Below are positions 55,418 to 63,639 of a stretch of DNA of 64,000 nucleotides, in pieces. A model generated the notes under the pieces. It worked only from the letters and a program-made list of their open reading frames with translations. It was not told where the DNA came from and ran no database searches. The first letter of the stretch is position 1; each line of letters starts with the position of its first letter. Made by a program: the position numbers and the translations under genes. The stretch is from an uncultured Bacilli bacterium (GTDB lineage Bacteria > Bacillota_I > Bacilli_A > RF39 > UBA660): contig CANRDF010000002.1 in NCBI GenBank assembly GCA_947629255.1, positions 44-64,043 of the forward strand, written 5' to 3'.

Positions 55418-56182
55418 TTAAATTTGCATATTTGCTTGTCCAACAGTTTTTCGAAAAAATTTATCATTAAAATATTCTATTGGCCATAAACAAAAAGTAT
55501 TTATAATGCTAACTGTCCCTTCTCTAAGTTTGTTTTTCATATATTTCAACAATTTTTCTTGAGAAAAATTCATTTTGTATTCTTCTTTTGATGTACTTAT
55601 ATCACAATTCAATAAATATTCATATTTATTCATCATCTGCTTCATTATAATTATGTATTGTTTTCTATTCATTTTTGAAAGATCACCAATACAAGAATAC
55701 TTATCAATATATCTTTTATACCCGTTTTTATGACATCGACTTATCAAAAATTCATAAGAATTAAAATCACTATCTGGAATGCTTTTAAAATGTTTAAAAG
55801 ATTCAAACATAGGATAATTTATATAAATCTTTCCATGGTTTGTTTCATCATCAAAAATTTGTATCATTTCTTGAACTTTAGATATAGAAAAGCCTTTATC
55901 TTGAGGATCTAGATCGAAGACCAAATAAACTTCTGGAAATTTTTTAGAAGACAAGATATTATATAATTCCATATTGTTGTCCTTAAGTGCTTTTTCCCTT
56001 ACTAATTCAACAATCTCTAAATCTGGATCCTCTTTTATTTCTTTATATAATGTATATATATTTGTACAATATGGTACACAGTAAAAATCATTTGTTTCTT
56101 TTTTTAAAAATAATCTTTGTATCACATCAAATAATTGTTTTTCCCCATTTTTACCCTCTACAATAAAGAGGATATTTTTCAT
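55418..56182 (-). CDS. RloB-like (AbiLii-like, Toprim-related) protein
   Basis: 254 aa. N-terminal ILFIVEGKNGEKQLF, then VYLVFDLDPQD and INYPMFESF, parallel the RloB pattern (CEGxxTE..YF / D.D / SNPCFE.W). 4-nt overlap with the upstream ATPase. Confidence 0.6.
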   Translation of the reverse strand: MKNILFIVEGKNGEKQLFDVIQRLFLKKETNDFYCVPYCTNIYTLYKEIKEDPDLEIVELVREKALKDNNMELYNILSSKKFPEVYLVFDLDPQDKGFSISKVQEMIQIFDDETNHGKIYINYPMFESFKHFKSIPDSDFNSYEFLISRCHKNGYKRYIDKYSCIGDLSKMNRKQYIIIMKQMMNKYEYLLNCDISTSKEEYKMNFSQEKLLKYMKNKLREGTVSIINTFCLWPIEYFNDKFFRKTVGQANMQI

Positions 56183-57285
56183 GCTATAAAATGACCTCCT
56201 CTATATAATTTTTCAATATTATGTGCTTCTCTAAGTTCTTTATCGGTTGCGTTAGAAAGCGACACGACTCTTTTAGGACTCACAATAAATGTACAATCAG
56301 GTCGGGTAATTTTATTACTCATAAGATAAGTATTATGTGTTGATAAAATAGTCTGTAAATTTGGAGTAGAGTTTAATTCTTTTACAACACTTTCTGCTAA
56401 ATCAAAATGATAGTTAGCATCAAACTCATCGATAAACAAAAACTTTATATTTGCTTGTTCTAATTGAATCTTCCAACTATAAAATAGCCATAAATCATTC
56501 GTTCCTGTAGAAATCAAAGTGAAAAAAGGCACAACTTCTTCTCCAAACCTTACTCCTATTACATGACGATTGCCTAAATCCATATCTTCTAAATGATAGT
56601 TAATTCCATTGGACTTCAAAAAATTTTCAAAATCTTTTAATTTATTATTTTTTAAAATAATATCATTTAATTCATCTATTTGATTTTTAATTCCTATAAA
56701 ATCTCTACCTTCGACACTTTTAAACCATAACATAGAATTTACAAAATCCATAAGTAAATGAATAGGATGATTTTCTGTTTTAGGAAGTCTACTTGCTAAA
56801 TAATTAATCATAGACATATTATCAAAATATTCCCAATTTAAAGATTCTGTGCCTTCTATTTTAATAAATAAATGTTCTAAATCTTGAAAATGATATTCTA
56901 AAACTGTTTCATGATTAACAATCAATTTCTCATACACAGGGACAGTATCATAATCTTTTTTATAATATATGTATTCGATCATCATGTCATCAAATTGAAA
57001 AGTATATTCAAATTCTGCATAATCACGTTTAATTTCTAAATTCAAATAATTTTGATAATATTTTTCTACATTTCGGTATTTGTTAGTTAAAGTTAAAACA
57101 ATATCAAAAATAGCAAATCCTAAATTAGATTTTCCCGATGCATTATCTCCAAATACCAATCCGTTTTTTACTATTTTGTTTTGAGTTAAATTCATATTAT
57201 ATTGATAATCATTAGTATTTGATAAATCCAATGTTACTTTTTTTGAAAATCCTTTAAAACCTATAACTGAAAATTTAGCTAACAT
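56179..57285 (-). CDS. ABC-type AAA_21/AAA_15-like ATPase (AbiLi/AriA-like), paralog 1
   Basis: 368 aa with Walker A GDNASGKSN, Walker B FLFIDEFDANYH, and STHN. Confidence 0.8.
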   Translation of the reverse strand: MLAKFSVIGFKGFSKKVTLDLSNTNDYQYNMNLTQNKIVKNGLVFGDNASGKSNLGFAIFDIVLTLTNKYRNVEKYYQNYLNLEIKRDYAEFEYTFQFDDMMIEYIYYKKDYDTVPVYEKLIVNHETVLEYHFQDLEHLFIKIEGTESLNWEYFDNMSMINYLASRLPKTENHPIHLLMDFVNSMLWFKSVEGRDFIGIKNQIDELNDIILKNNKLKDFENFLKSNGINYHLEDMDLGNRHVIGVRFGEEVVPFFTLISTGTNDLWLFYSWKIQLEQANIKFLFIDEFDANYHFDLAESVVKELNSTPNLQTILSTHNTYLMSNKITRPDCTFIVSPKRVVSLSNATDKELREAHNIEKLYRGGHFIA

Positions 57286-57417
57286 ATTCTTTTCCTCTTT
57301 TCTGGCTTTATCTTATCATTTTTACAATTACTAGTCAAGTTTTCCGTAAAAAAACTACGGATGATATGTTTTTTCATTTAATGAAATTACTAAAAAAGAA
57401 GCCTTCCCTTAGACTTC

Positions 57418-58716
57418 TTACTTTTCAACAACTTTTTTCTCAATCTTAGATTTGCCACCCATATAAGGTCTTAGTTTTTCAGGAATATTGATACTTCCAT
57501 CTTCACAAAGATTATTCTCTAGGAAAGCAATGAGCATTCTAGGAGGTGCAATAACCGTGTTGTTTAGGGTATGGGCAAGCACATTCTCCCCTTTATCATT
57601 TTTATATTTGATAGATAATCTTCTTGCTTGAGCATCGGTTAAGTTAGAACAAGAACAAACTTCAAAATATTTTTGTTGTCTTGGACTCCATGCTTCAATA
57701 TCACAAGAACGATACTTAAGATCTGCTAAATCTCCTGAGCAACAAACGAGTTTACGAACAGGAATATTTAAAGACAAGAATAACTCTACAGAATAATGCC
57801 ACATCTTGTCATACCAAGATTCACTTTCTTCTGGTTTACAGATGACAATCATTTCTTGTTTTTCAAATTGATGAATTCGGTATACTCCTCTTTCTTCAAT
57901 TCCATGAGAACCAATTTCTTTACGGAAACATGGAGAATAAGATGTCATGGTAATTGGTAAATCACTTTCTTTTAAGATTTGGTCTTTAAATTTAGCAATC
58001 ATAGAATGTTCACTTGTTCCAATTAAGTAAAGGTCTTCTCCTTCTATTTTATACATCATGTTTTCTTTTTCTTCAAAAGACATAACACCATTCACGGCAT
58101 CTCCATGAATCATATAAGGAGGAATACAATAGGTAAATCCTTTGTCAATCATAAAGTCTCTGGCATAAGCAAGAACAGCTGAATGAAGTCTTGCAATATC
58201 GCCCATTAAATAATAGAAACCAGTGCCACTTACTCTACCAGCAGCATCTTTATCAATTCCATTAAAACTTGCCATGATATCTGCATGATAGGGAATTTCA
58301 AAATTTGGAACCTTTGGCTCGCCAAAGTGTTCTTCATCCACGTTTTGAGTGTCGTTTTCCCCAATCGGAACATCAGGCGCAATCATATTCGGAATGCTCA
58401 TCATCTTTGATGTAATTTCTTCATTCAAATTCTTTTCTTCTTCTTCAATAGAAACTAATTCTTGATTAATTTCTGTTACACGAGCCTTCTTTTCTTCAGC
58501 AAGGTCTTTCTTTTGTTCTCTCATCAAAGCTCCGATTTCATTACTTACTTGATTTCTTTCACTTCTTAGAGTATCGCCTTTTACCTTTAATTCTCTTACT
58601 TTTTCATCTAATTCAATCACTTCATCAACTAAATGAAGTTTATGGTCTTGAAATTTCTTTCGAATATTTTCTTTTACTAATTCAGGATTTTCTCTTACAA
58701 ATTTTCTATCTAACAT
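57418..58716 (-). CDS. serS: seryl-tRNA synthetase
   Basis: Canonical N-terminus MLDRKFVRENPELV, and class II motifs (..FRKEIGSHG..RGVYRIHQFEKQE.., ..GSINIPEKLRPYMGG). Start placed at 58716; the ORF track extends to 58740. Confidence 0.9.
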   Translation of the reverse strand: MLDRKFVRENPELVKENIRKKFQDHKLHLVDEVIELDEKVRELKVKGDTLRSERNQVSNEIGALMREQKKDLAEEKKARVTEINQELVSIEEEEKNLNEEITSKMMSIPNMIAPDVPIGENDTQNVDEEHFGEPKVPNFEIPYHADIMASFNGIDKDAAGRVSGTGFYYLMGDIARLHSAVLAYARDFMIDKGFTYCIPPYMIHGDAVNGVMSFEEKENMMYKIEGEDLYLIGTSEHSMIAKFKDQILKESDLPITMTSYSPCFRKEIGSHGIEERGVYRIHQFEKQEMIVICKPEESESWYDKMWHYSVELFLSLNIPVRKLVCCSGDLADLKYRSCDIEAWSPRQQKYFEVCSCSNLTDAQARRLSIKYKNDKGENVLAHTLNNTVIAPPRMLIAFLENNLCEDGSINIPEKLRPYMGGKSKIEKKVVEK

Positions 58717-59191
58717 TTTCTTCACTCTCCAATTTTTCAATAATTCGTAGATAAGCTTTAATATATTTCTCTGTTCTTTTTAAATCTTTGGCTGTAATTT
58801 TTTTCACTCTTGTTAAATCCATATTATGGAGTAAATCTTTCATTTTAATTTCAAAAGCATCTTTATTGTTTGCATTTAACAAATGTTCAATGTATTCTTC
58901 ATAAGAATCATACGTATTGGTAAGAAGCTCTAAAACTTCAATGAAATCGTCGTCATAACCAAGACTTTCTAAATCTTTTCTTGTGACATTGGTATCTTCT
59001 AAGACATCATGCATAAGAGCCATCGATTTTTTTCTATCTTCTTTAAAATCTTGACTGACATGCTCCAAATGATTTAAGTAGTTGCTATTTCCTTTATCTA
59101 ATTTTTCAGAAAAGAGTTTTTCTACTAAAGCGTGGGATCGTTCATAAATACCTAAATTTCGATAAAAAGCACATTCACTTTCTTGAAACAT
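58706..59191 (-). CDS. small HD-domain (SpoT/RelA hydrolase-like) protein
   Basis: Motifs HLEHV and ALMHDVLEDT. Start placed at ATG 59191 after AGGTGGGG; the ORF-track GTG is at 59200. Confidence 0.7.
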   Translation of the reverse strand: MFQESECAFYRNLGIYERSHALVEKLFSEKLDKGNSNYLNHLEHVSQDFKEDRKKSMALMHDVLEDTNVTRKDLESLGYDDDFIEVLELLTNTYDSYEEYIEHLLNANNKDAFEIKMKDLLHNMDLTRVKKITAKDLKRTEKYIKAYLRIIEKLESEENVR

Positions 59192-59326
59192 ATTCCCCAC
59201 CTACCCACTACGAGAACATTATATCATGTTTTTTCAAAAATAGTCTATTTTCTCTTTTAAAATCGCATATTTTTCGTATTTTTATATTTGTTCTCAGAAA
59301 TTTAACCAAAAGTGCTTAAAAAATGC

Positions 59327-59355
59327 TTGCAACTTCTAATGTTTTATGATAAGAT
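59327..59355 (+). promoter_or_regulatory. promoter of tRNA-Ala
   Basis: TTGCAA (59327-59332), a 17-nt spacer, then TAAGAT (59350-59355). It lies about 14 nt before the tRNA 5' end. Confidence 0.5.
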
Positions 59356-59368
59356 TGATTTGTTCGTT

Positions 59369-59445
59369 GGGGGACTAGCTCAGTTGGCTAGAGCATCTGC
59401 CCTGCACGCAGAGGGTCGCGGGTTCGAGTCCCACGTCCTCCACCA
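59369..59445 (+). tRNA. tRNA-Ala (anticodon UGC), CCA encoded
   Basis: Hand-folded cloverleaf. Acceptor GGGGGAC/GTCCTCC with the G3:U70 Ala identity pair. D arm GCTC-AGTTGGCTA-GAGC. Anticodon arm TCTGC-CCTGCAC-GCAGA. T arm GCGGG-TTCGAGT-CCCAC. Oddities are C at position 33 and one C:A mismatch in the T stem. Confidence 0.8.
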
Positions 59446-59457
59446 ATATGAATTTAT

Positions 59458-59483
59458 CCTCGTATTTACGGGGTTTTTATTTT
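59458..59483 (+). terminator. terminator after tRNA-Ala
   Basis: Stem CCTCG/CGGGG (with one G:U pair), loop TATTTA, then TTTTTATTTT. Confidence 0.45.
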
Positions 59484-59487
59484 GCTC

Positions 59488-59518
59488 TGGTCTTGTTTTG
59501 GTCTTATTTGGTCTTGTT
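59488..59518. repeat. three direct TGGTCTTRTT repeats between the tRNA and the integrase gene
   Basis: TGGTCTTGTT at 59488, TGGTCTTATT at 59499 and TGGTCTTGTT at 59509, about 10-11-nt phasing. Candidate integrase arm-type sites. Confidence 0.5.
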
Positions 59519-59526
59519 CGTAAATT

Positions 59527-60690
59527 TTATAACCCATTTAATAAATCCATAATTGGTTTTTGTGTATCAGGAAATAAGTGCATATATGTCTTTTGCATAA
59601 CTTGAATGGTATGTCCCATTCTTTCGGACATCATAATAAAAAATGAATTCATTTCTATGTTTTTCTTTACAGCCTCATTAATTAACATAGATACATGAGA
59701 ATGTCGAAATTCATGAATTGTTATCTCTGGAACGTTACATAACCTAAAATAGCGATGTTTGTATCTATCAATAGTTGTTAATGCCAATGGTTCATTTCCT
59801 CCAAAAACATAATCTTCTTGCTTTGGATTAATAATTTTAAAATACCTTTGCAATTGAGCCATTAACGTATCAGATATATCCACCACTCTGGTTTCCCCTG
59901 TTTTTGTACTTGTAGATTTTTTCTTTCCATCCACAATCTCTCTCGATAGTGTTTTGGTTACTGATATTTTTTTATTAACTAAATCAATATCTTTCCATAA
60001 CAACGCAAGTGTTTCGCCCTCGCGCATTCCAGTATAAAACAAAAAAGTAAAAAAAGTATTCCACATCATATCATCAATGTGACTAATAAAATCGTTAAAT
60101 TGATTTAATGTGATATATCTTATATGTTCTTCTTTGGTACATATTTTTTCTTTTTCTTCCACAGTTTTTTTAAATGTTCCAAGCATTCTTTCATAATTAT
60201 GTGATATACCATAGTAATTTATTCCATAATCACATATTTTACATAGCCATAGATGCTGTTTGTTTCGATATTTATAAGATAACCCTTTATCTTCAATATA
60301 GTTATGCCATGCTAAAAATACTTGCGTATTTAAGTCTTTTAACCTATATTTTTCAAAAAAAGGAATTATATGATTTTTAATATCAGTTTTTATGTTCCGA
60401 TATGTAGAATATTTACATTTTTTCTTTTCTTCTTCTAAACACATAGCAATTACACTTGTGAATTTTACATACGGGTCATAAGATAATGTGTCTTTTTTAG
60501 AAGAAATTTCACCATAATAACTACATGCTTGTTGATATCCTTCGTGTCCTAGCCACATATTTCCATTTCCATCAACTCTGTATGTAGTTTGTTTTCCATT
60601 TACACGAGGTCTAATGTAATAACGTGTTTGTCCATTCACTTTCTTATCATATTCATAAATTGGTAAATTCTTTGATGATTTTTTTGGCAT
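59527..60690 (-). CDS. tyrosine recombinase / phage integrase
   Basis: 387 aa with catalytic region motifs TGMREGE, HEFRHSHVSMLI and GHTIQVMQKTYMH. Confidence 0.9.
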   Translation of the reverse strand: MPKKSSKNLPIYEYDKKVNGQTRYYIRPRVNGKQTTYRVDGNGNMWLGHEGYQQACSYYGEISSKKDTLSYDPYVKFTSVIAMCLEEEKKKCKYSTYRNIKTDIKNHIIPFFEKYRLKDLNTQVFLAWHNYIEDKGLSYKYRNKQHLWLCKICDYGINYYGISHNYERMLGTFKKTVEEKEKICTKEEHIRYITLNQFNDFISHIDDMMWNTFFTFLFYTGMREGETLALLWKDIDLVNKKISVTKTLSREIVDGKKKSTSTKTGETRVVDISDTLMAQLQRYFKIINPKQEDYVFGGNEPLALTTIDRYKHRYFRLCNVPEITIHEFRHSHVSMLINEAVKKNIEMNSFFIMMSERMGHTIQVMQKTYMHLFPDTQKPIMDLLNGL

Positions 60691-60803
60691 ATTTTAATTT
60701 TAACTCCTCTCTACTCCATCTATTAATATGCCTTCCTTTCTACAAGAATATTGTAGCATAAAATGCCCAAAAAGTCCATGAAAAAACAGTCCAAATGTTC
60801 GGA

Positions 60804-61379
60804 CTATTTAGGTTCCATGTTTTTCTTTAGTATTTGAATAATATAATCTCTATCCAATAATTCAACACGACAATCTTCGGCAAGTTCTTTTGCATTTTTG
60901 GTATAATAGTTATTAGTAATCACTATGGCTTTGTCGCATTTATAATGTTTTTTTCCAGCAACTATTTCCTGTATGGCTTTATTACTTACTTTATTATTAA
61001 ATCTTTTACACTGAAAAGCACATTTAATTCCGTTTTTTTCGGCAATAATATCTACTCCATAATCTCCAGTATAAGAGGTTCCATTTATATTAATATACCC
61101 ATCTAATGGAAGAAGAATTTCTACTAAAAATTTTTCAAATTCCTGCCCTGTCATGTAATCAATTTTATCAAGCAAATTCTCTCTATTCTCGTATTCAGTA
61201 TCTTTCTTTATACTTTGCTTATTTTCTTCATTTTTTAATGCTGATTTAATCGCTGACACAATAAGATATATGATTATAATTATAAATATCCACGCCCAGA
61301 ACCAAACTTGTTTCCATAGCCATCCTATTATAATACAGGCAAGATAAATTAAAAACGCTATCCCTAAAAGAGTTTCCAT
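60804..61379 (-). CDS. membrane-anchored Mrr-cat restriction-endonuclease-domain protein
   Basis: 191 aa. Two N-terminal TM helices, then FEKFLVEILLP...GDYGVDIIAEKNGIKCAFQCKRF...AIVITNNYYT, a PD-(D/E)XK Mrr_cat pattern. Confidence 0.7.
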   Translation of the reverse strand: METLLGIAFLIYLACIIIGWLWKQVWFWAWIFIIIIIYLIVSAIKSALKNEENKQSIKKDTEYENRENLLDKIDYMTGQEFEKFLVEILLPLDGYININGTSYTGDYGVDIIAEKNGIKCAFQCKRFNNKVSNKAIQEIVAGKKHYKCDKAIVITNNYYTKNAKELAEDCRVELLDRDYIIQILKKNMEPK

Positions 61380-61427
61380 AAATATGCACTCCGTTCTTAT
61401 TTATAGAATAACACATTCCAAAAATAA

Positions 61428-61451
61428 TTTCCACAGTTTCCCTGTGGTTTA
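61428..61451. promoter_or_regulatory. 24-nt repeat with inverted repeat CCACAG-TTTCC-CTGTGG (operator candidate, copy 1)
   Basis: TTTCCACAGTTTCCCTGTGGTTTA, about 49 nt upstream of the 61379 start. An identical copy lies exactly 410 nt away. Confidence 0.5.
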
Positions 61452-61796
61452 GTGGCAATCTATTTTTTTTACAGAAATATTATAATTTTCTAAATTTGGA
61501 ATATCTACATAAAGCGGTTCTCTAAACCCCTTCACTTCACCAACATTTGGAAATTTACTTTTAGAAATAAATATCGTTTTTTCTGTTTCTAAACTACCAC
61601 TTTTTAATTTAAAAGTTATTTTACATAAACTACTATCATCATCAATCTTTTTCTTAACTTTTAATGTAAAATTCACATAATAATCGTCACCAAGAAAATT
61701 TTTATCGTTTTCTATAGTTGGCTGAGATATTTCATAAGAAGACATAGAACATCCACAACAAACAAGCAATAACACAATTAACAATATTTTTTTCAT
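61449..61796 (-). CDS. small prophage lipoprotein
   Basis: Start placed at ATG 61796 (GGAGGG RBS). Signal peptide MKKILLIVLLLVCCGC with a lipobox. The longer ORF-track N-terminus is translated operator repeat. Confidence 0.6.
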   Translation of the reverse strand: MKKILLIVLLLVCCGCSMSSYEISQPTIENDKNFLGDDYYVNFTLKVKKKIDDDSSLCKITFKLKSGSLETEKTIFISKSKFPNVGEVKGFREPLYVDIPNLENYNISVKKIDCH

Positions 61797-61837
61797 AGTC
61801 CCTCCTTGAACTAAATTGTAACACAGGAAAAAACATT

Positions 61838-61861
61838 TTTCCACAGTTTCCCTGTGGTTTA
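61838..61861. promoter_or_regulatory. operator candidate, copy 2 (divergent region between the lipoprotein and XRE genes)
   Basis: Identical 24-mer TTTCCACAGTTTCCCTGTGGTTTA, 42 nt upstream of the lipoprotein ATG and 58 nt upstream of the XRE ATG. Confidence 0.5.
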
Positions 61862-61918
61862 TGGAATAATTTATCAATTTCTTGTTAAACTAATTTCAGA
61901 ATTGGTGGTAGTAGTAGT

Positions 61919-62131
61919 ATGAAGTTTAGAGCCAATGACTATAACAAGGGTGAAATTTTAAAAATTATCCGACAATCTACAAATTTGACTCAAAAAGAAT
62001 TTGCCGAGAAAATGGGAAAATCAACCAGAACTATTGAAGATTATGAGAGTGGAATTGTGAATTACAATATGCAATTTTTCAAAGACGTAGCAAAAAAATT
62101 TAATGTTGAAATTATTATTCAACGAAGATAA
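61919..62131 (+). CDS. XRE-family helix-turn-helix regulator (Cro/CI-like)
   Basis: 70 aa with HTH ILKIIRQSTNLTQKEFAEKMGKSTRTIEDYESG. The only protein gene I accept on the plus strand. Confidence 0.8.
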   Translation: MKFRANDYNKGEILKIIRQSTNLTQKEFAEKMGKSTRTIEDYESGIVNYNMQFFKDVAKKFNVEIIIQRR

Positions 62132-62132
62132 A

Positions 62133-62166
62133 AAGGATAACCCCATTTTAAGATTATCCTTTTCAA
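62133..62166 (+). terminator. bidirectional terminator between the XRE and endolysin genes
   Basis: 8-bp stem AAGGATAA/TTATCCTT (62133-62140 / 62154-62161) followed by TTCAATT. Confidence 0.55.
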
Positions 62167-62215
62167 TTGCCTATTTTTCATTTCAACTGCATATCATATG
62201 TGCAATTAGTCTGCA

Positions 62216-63094
62216 CTACACTTTTTTTATGTCTTTGATGTTCATTGCAGCCCATGTAATTAACTTACCATTTCTGTTAGCTGCTAAAACTACTCTATCA
62301 CCGTCGATTTTAGTAATTTGATATGATTTATCATATTGAGTTAACTTCACACCGTTATAGTTATATAAACGAGTTGGAACAACATTATCACCTACTTTAA
62401 AAGTTGATGCTGATGGTGTTGTTCCTTTTAAAATCTCATTAACTCTATTTTGAACCGCATAATAATCGTATCCTGCATTTGTAAGTCGATTCTTTCTATC
62501 ATCTCCGTTGCCCCATTTACCGTTAATTACTTCTTTAGCAAGTTCATCAACTGTTTTTGATGGTGTTGGAGTCGGAGCTGGTGTTGGTTCTGGTTTATCC
62601 TCATCAAATTCTACAGTTGGATATACAAAGCCTTGTAAGTAATAAGTTCTGCTTGTCGTAAAAGTGTAATTATTACTCTTTGAGTAAGTTTTCATGTAAA
62701 AATTAGTTCCAAGATATGCACTGTTACTACAAACAATATCACCATTTGGAAGTATTTCCTCGACAGCTGCTAAATGACCATGTGTTCCTTTATTGCTAGG
62801 AACGTCATTTTTTACAGAACTCCAACATGCAATTGCTCCAATCTTAGGTTCTTGACCTACTAAGTTTTTATATTGCGAGTTAGTATCATTTTTGCAATGA
62901 TAGAAAACTGTGGTGCTATCATAACCCTTTGATTTTAAAGGCTCTAGAAGTTCACCACTAACTTCCCAAAAACGACCGATAGCATAAGCGGTACAATTTG
63001 GCATTCCATAACCACCTCTTACATAGGGGTTTCCTGTACCATAATAATGTTCATCATTTTTTGATGGTGCTGTTGTTCTTGGTATAAATTTCAT
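62216..63094 (-). CDS. phage endolysin (CHAP domain, Cpl-7/CW_7-like repeat, SH3-like C-terminus)
   Basis: 292 aa. CHAP Cys/His context (MPNCTAYAIGRF, HGHLAAVEEI), a P/T linker, then ELAKEVINGKWGNGDDRKNRLTNAGYDYYAVQNRVNEIL. Confidence 0.85.
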   Translation of the reverse strand: MKFIPRTTAPSKNDEHYYGTGNPYVRGGYGMPNCTAYAIGRFWEVSGELLEPLKSKGYDSTTVFYHCKNDTNSQYKNLVGQEPKIGAIACWSSVKNDVPSNKGTHGHLAAVEEILPNGDIVCSNSAYLGTNFYMKTYSKSNNYTFTTSRTYYLQGFVYPTVEFDEDKPEPTPAPTPTPSKTVDELAKEVINGKWGNGDDRKNRLTNAGYDYYAVQNRVNEILKGTTPSASTFKVGDNVVPTRLYNYNGVKLTQYDKSYQITKIDGDRVVLAANRNGKLITWAAMNIKDIKKV

Positions 63095-63300
63095 TATTCT
63101 CCTTTTTCGTTCTTCTTATAATTAGCACTTGATAACATAAGTAATGCTCCTAAAAATGTATCTACTGCTGTTACAGTACCTACTACTTCCTCGCTGTATG
63201 GCAAGTGCCAAATACCAGCTAAAGCAAAATATAATGTACCAATAGCCGGCAATACAATTTGTGCTATATATTTTAAAATGTCATATGTTTTATTTGTCAT
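63094..63300 (-). CDS. phage holin
   Basis: 68 aa, two TM segments, charged C-terminus (NYKKNEKGE). Abuts the endolysin start. Confidence 0.7.
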   Translation of the reverse strand: MTNKTYDILKYIAQIVLPAIGTLYFALAGIWHLPYSEEVVGTVTAVDTFLGALLMLSSANYKKNEKGE

Positions 63301-63319
63301 TTTCCCACCACCTTTATTT

Positions 63320-63622
63320 TCATCTCTCTACTAAAAAATCTTGCATTTCTGTTTTTACTTTTTTTAATTTTTCTATGCTATTACCTGTAATCTCGTGATC
63401 CAGTAATGCTAGCATAGATTTACACATCATTTGATTTGCTTTTTCAATTGAATTTAAACGCTTGTTGTCATTGTCTAATAATTCATCGTGCTTATTCATT
63501 TTATCTTTGATTTTAGTTATAGGGCTTATTGCCCCTAAAATTGCTTTGGAAGCATTGTAGATTACTACAATACCTCCAGCAACTCCTAGAATTAATTCCC
63601 ACGTTATTGTCGTATAAATCAT
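63320..63622 (-). CDS. phage membrane protein (second holin/antiholin candidate)
   Basis: 100 aa with one N-terminal TM (ITWELILGVAGGIVVIY) and a coiled-coil tail. Sits in the lysis-cassette position. Confidence 0.45.
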   Translation of the reverse strand: MIYTTITWELILGVAGGIVVIYNASKAILGAISPITKIKDKMNKHDELLDNDNKRLNSIEKANQMMCKSMLALLDHEITGNSIEKLKKVKTEMQDFLVER

Positions 63623-63639
63623 TCCTTTCTATCTTTTAA

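Noticed and set aside
59201-59368. Looked for a T-box leader upstream of the HD-domain/serS unit.
   Set aside because: Only about 165 nt are available, and I could not find the conserved T-box sequence or specifier/antiterminator features. The region instead carries the divergent tRNA promoter.
59312-59605. 97-aa plus-strand ORF.
   Set aside because: It is a translation across the tRNA-Ala gene and the antisense strand of the integrase 3' end.
308-60380. The many 60-131-aa plus-strand ORFs lying antisense inside long minus-strand genes (for example 308-502, 3457-3711, 12012-12326, 32497-32892, 35022-35366, 39455-39826).
   Set aside because: These are shadow ORFs typical of AT-rich DNA. Their composition is low-complexity (F/L/I/S-rich). 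They lack an RBS and overlap well-supported genes entirely.
61246-61877. The ORF at 61246-61458 and the 27-aa N-terminal extension of ORF 61449-61877.
   Set aside because: Both begin inside the duplicated 24-nt operator-like repeat (hence the shared ..NHRETVE..). The real lipoprotein start at 61796 has a GGAGGG RBS. The 61246 ORF overlaps the Mrr-like gene.
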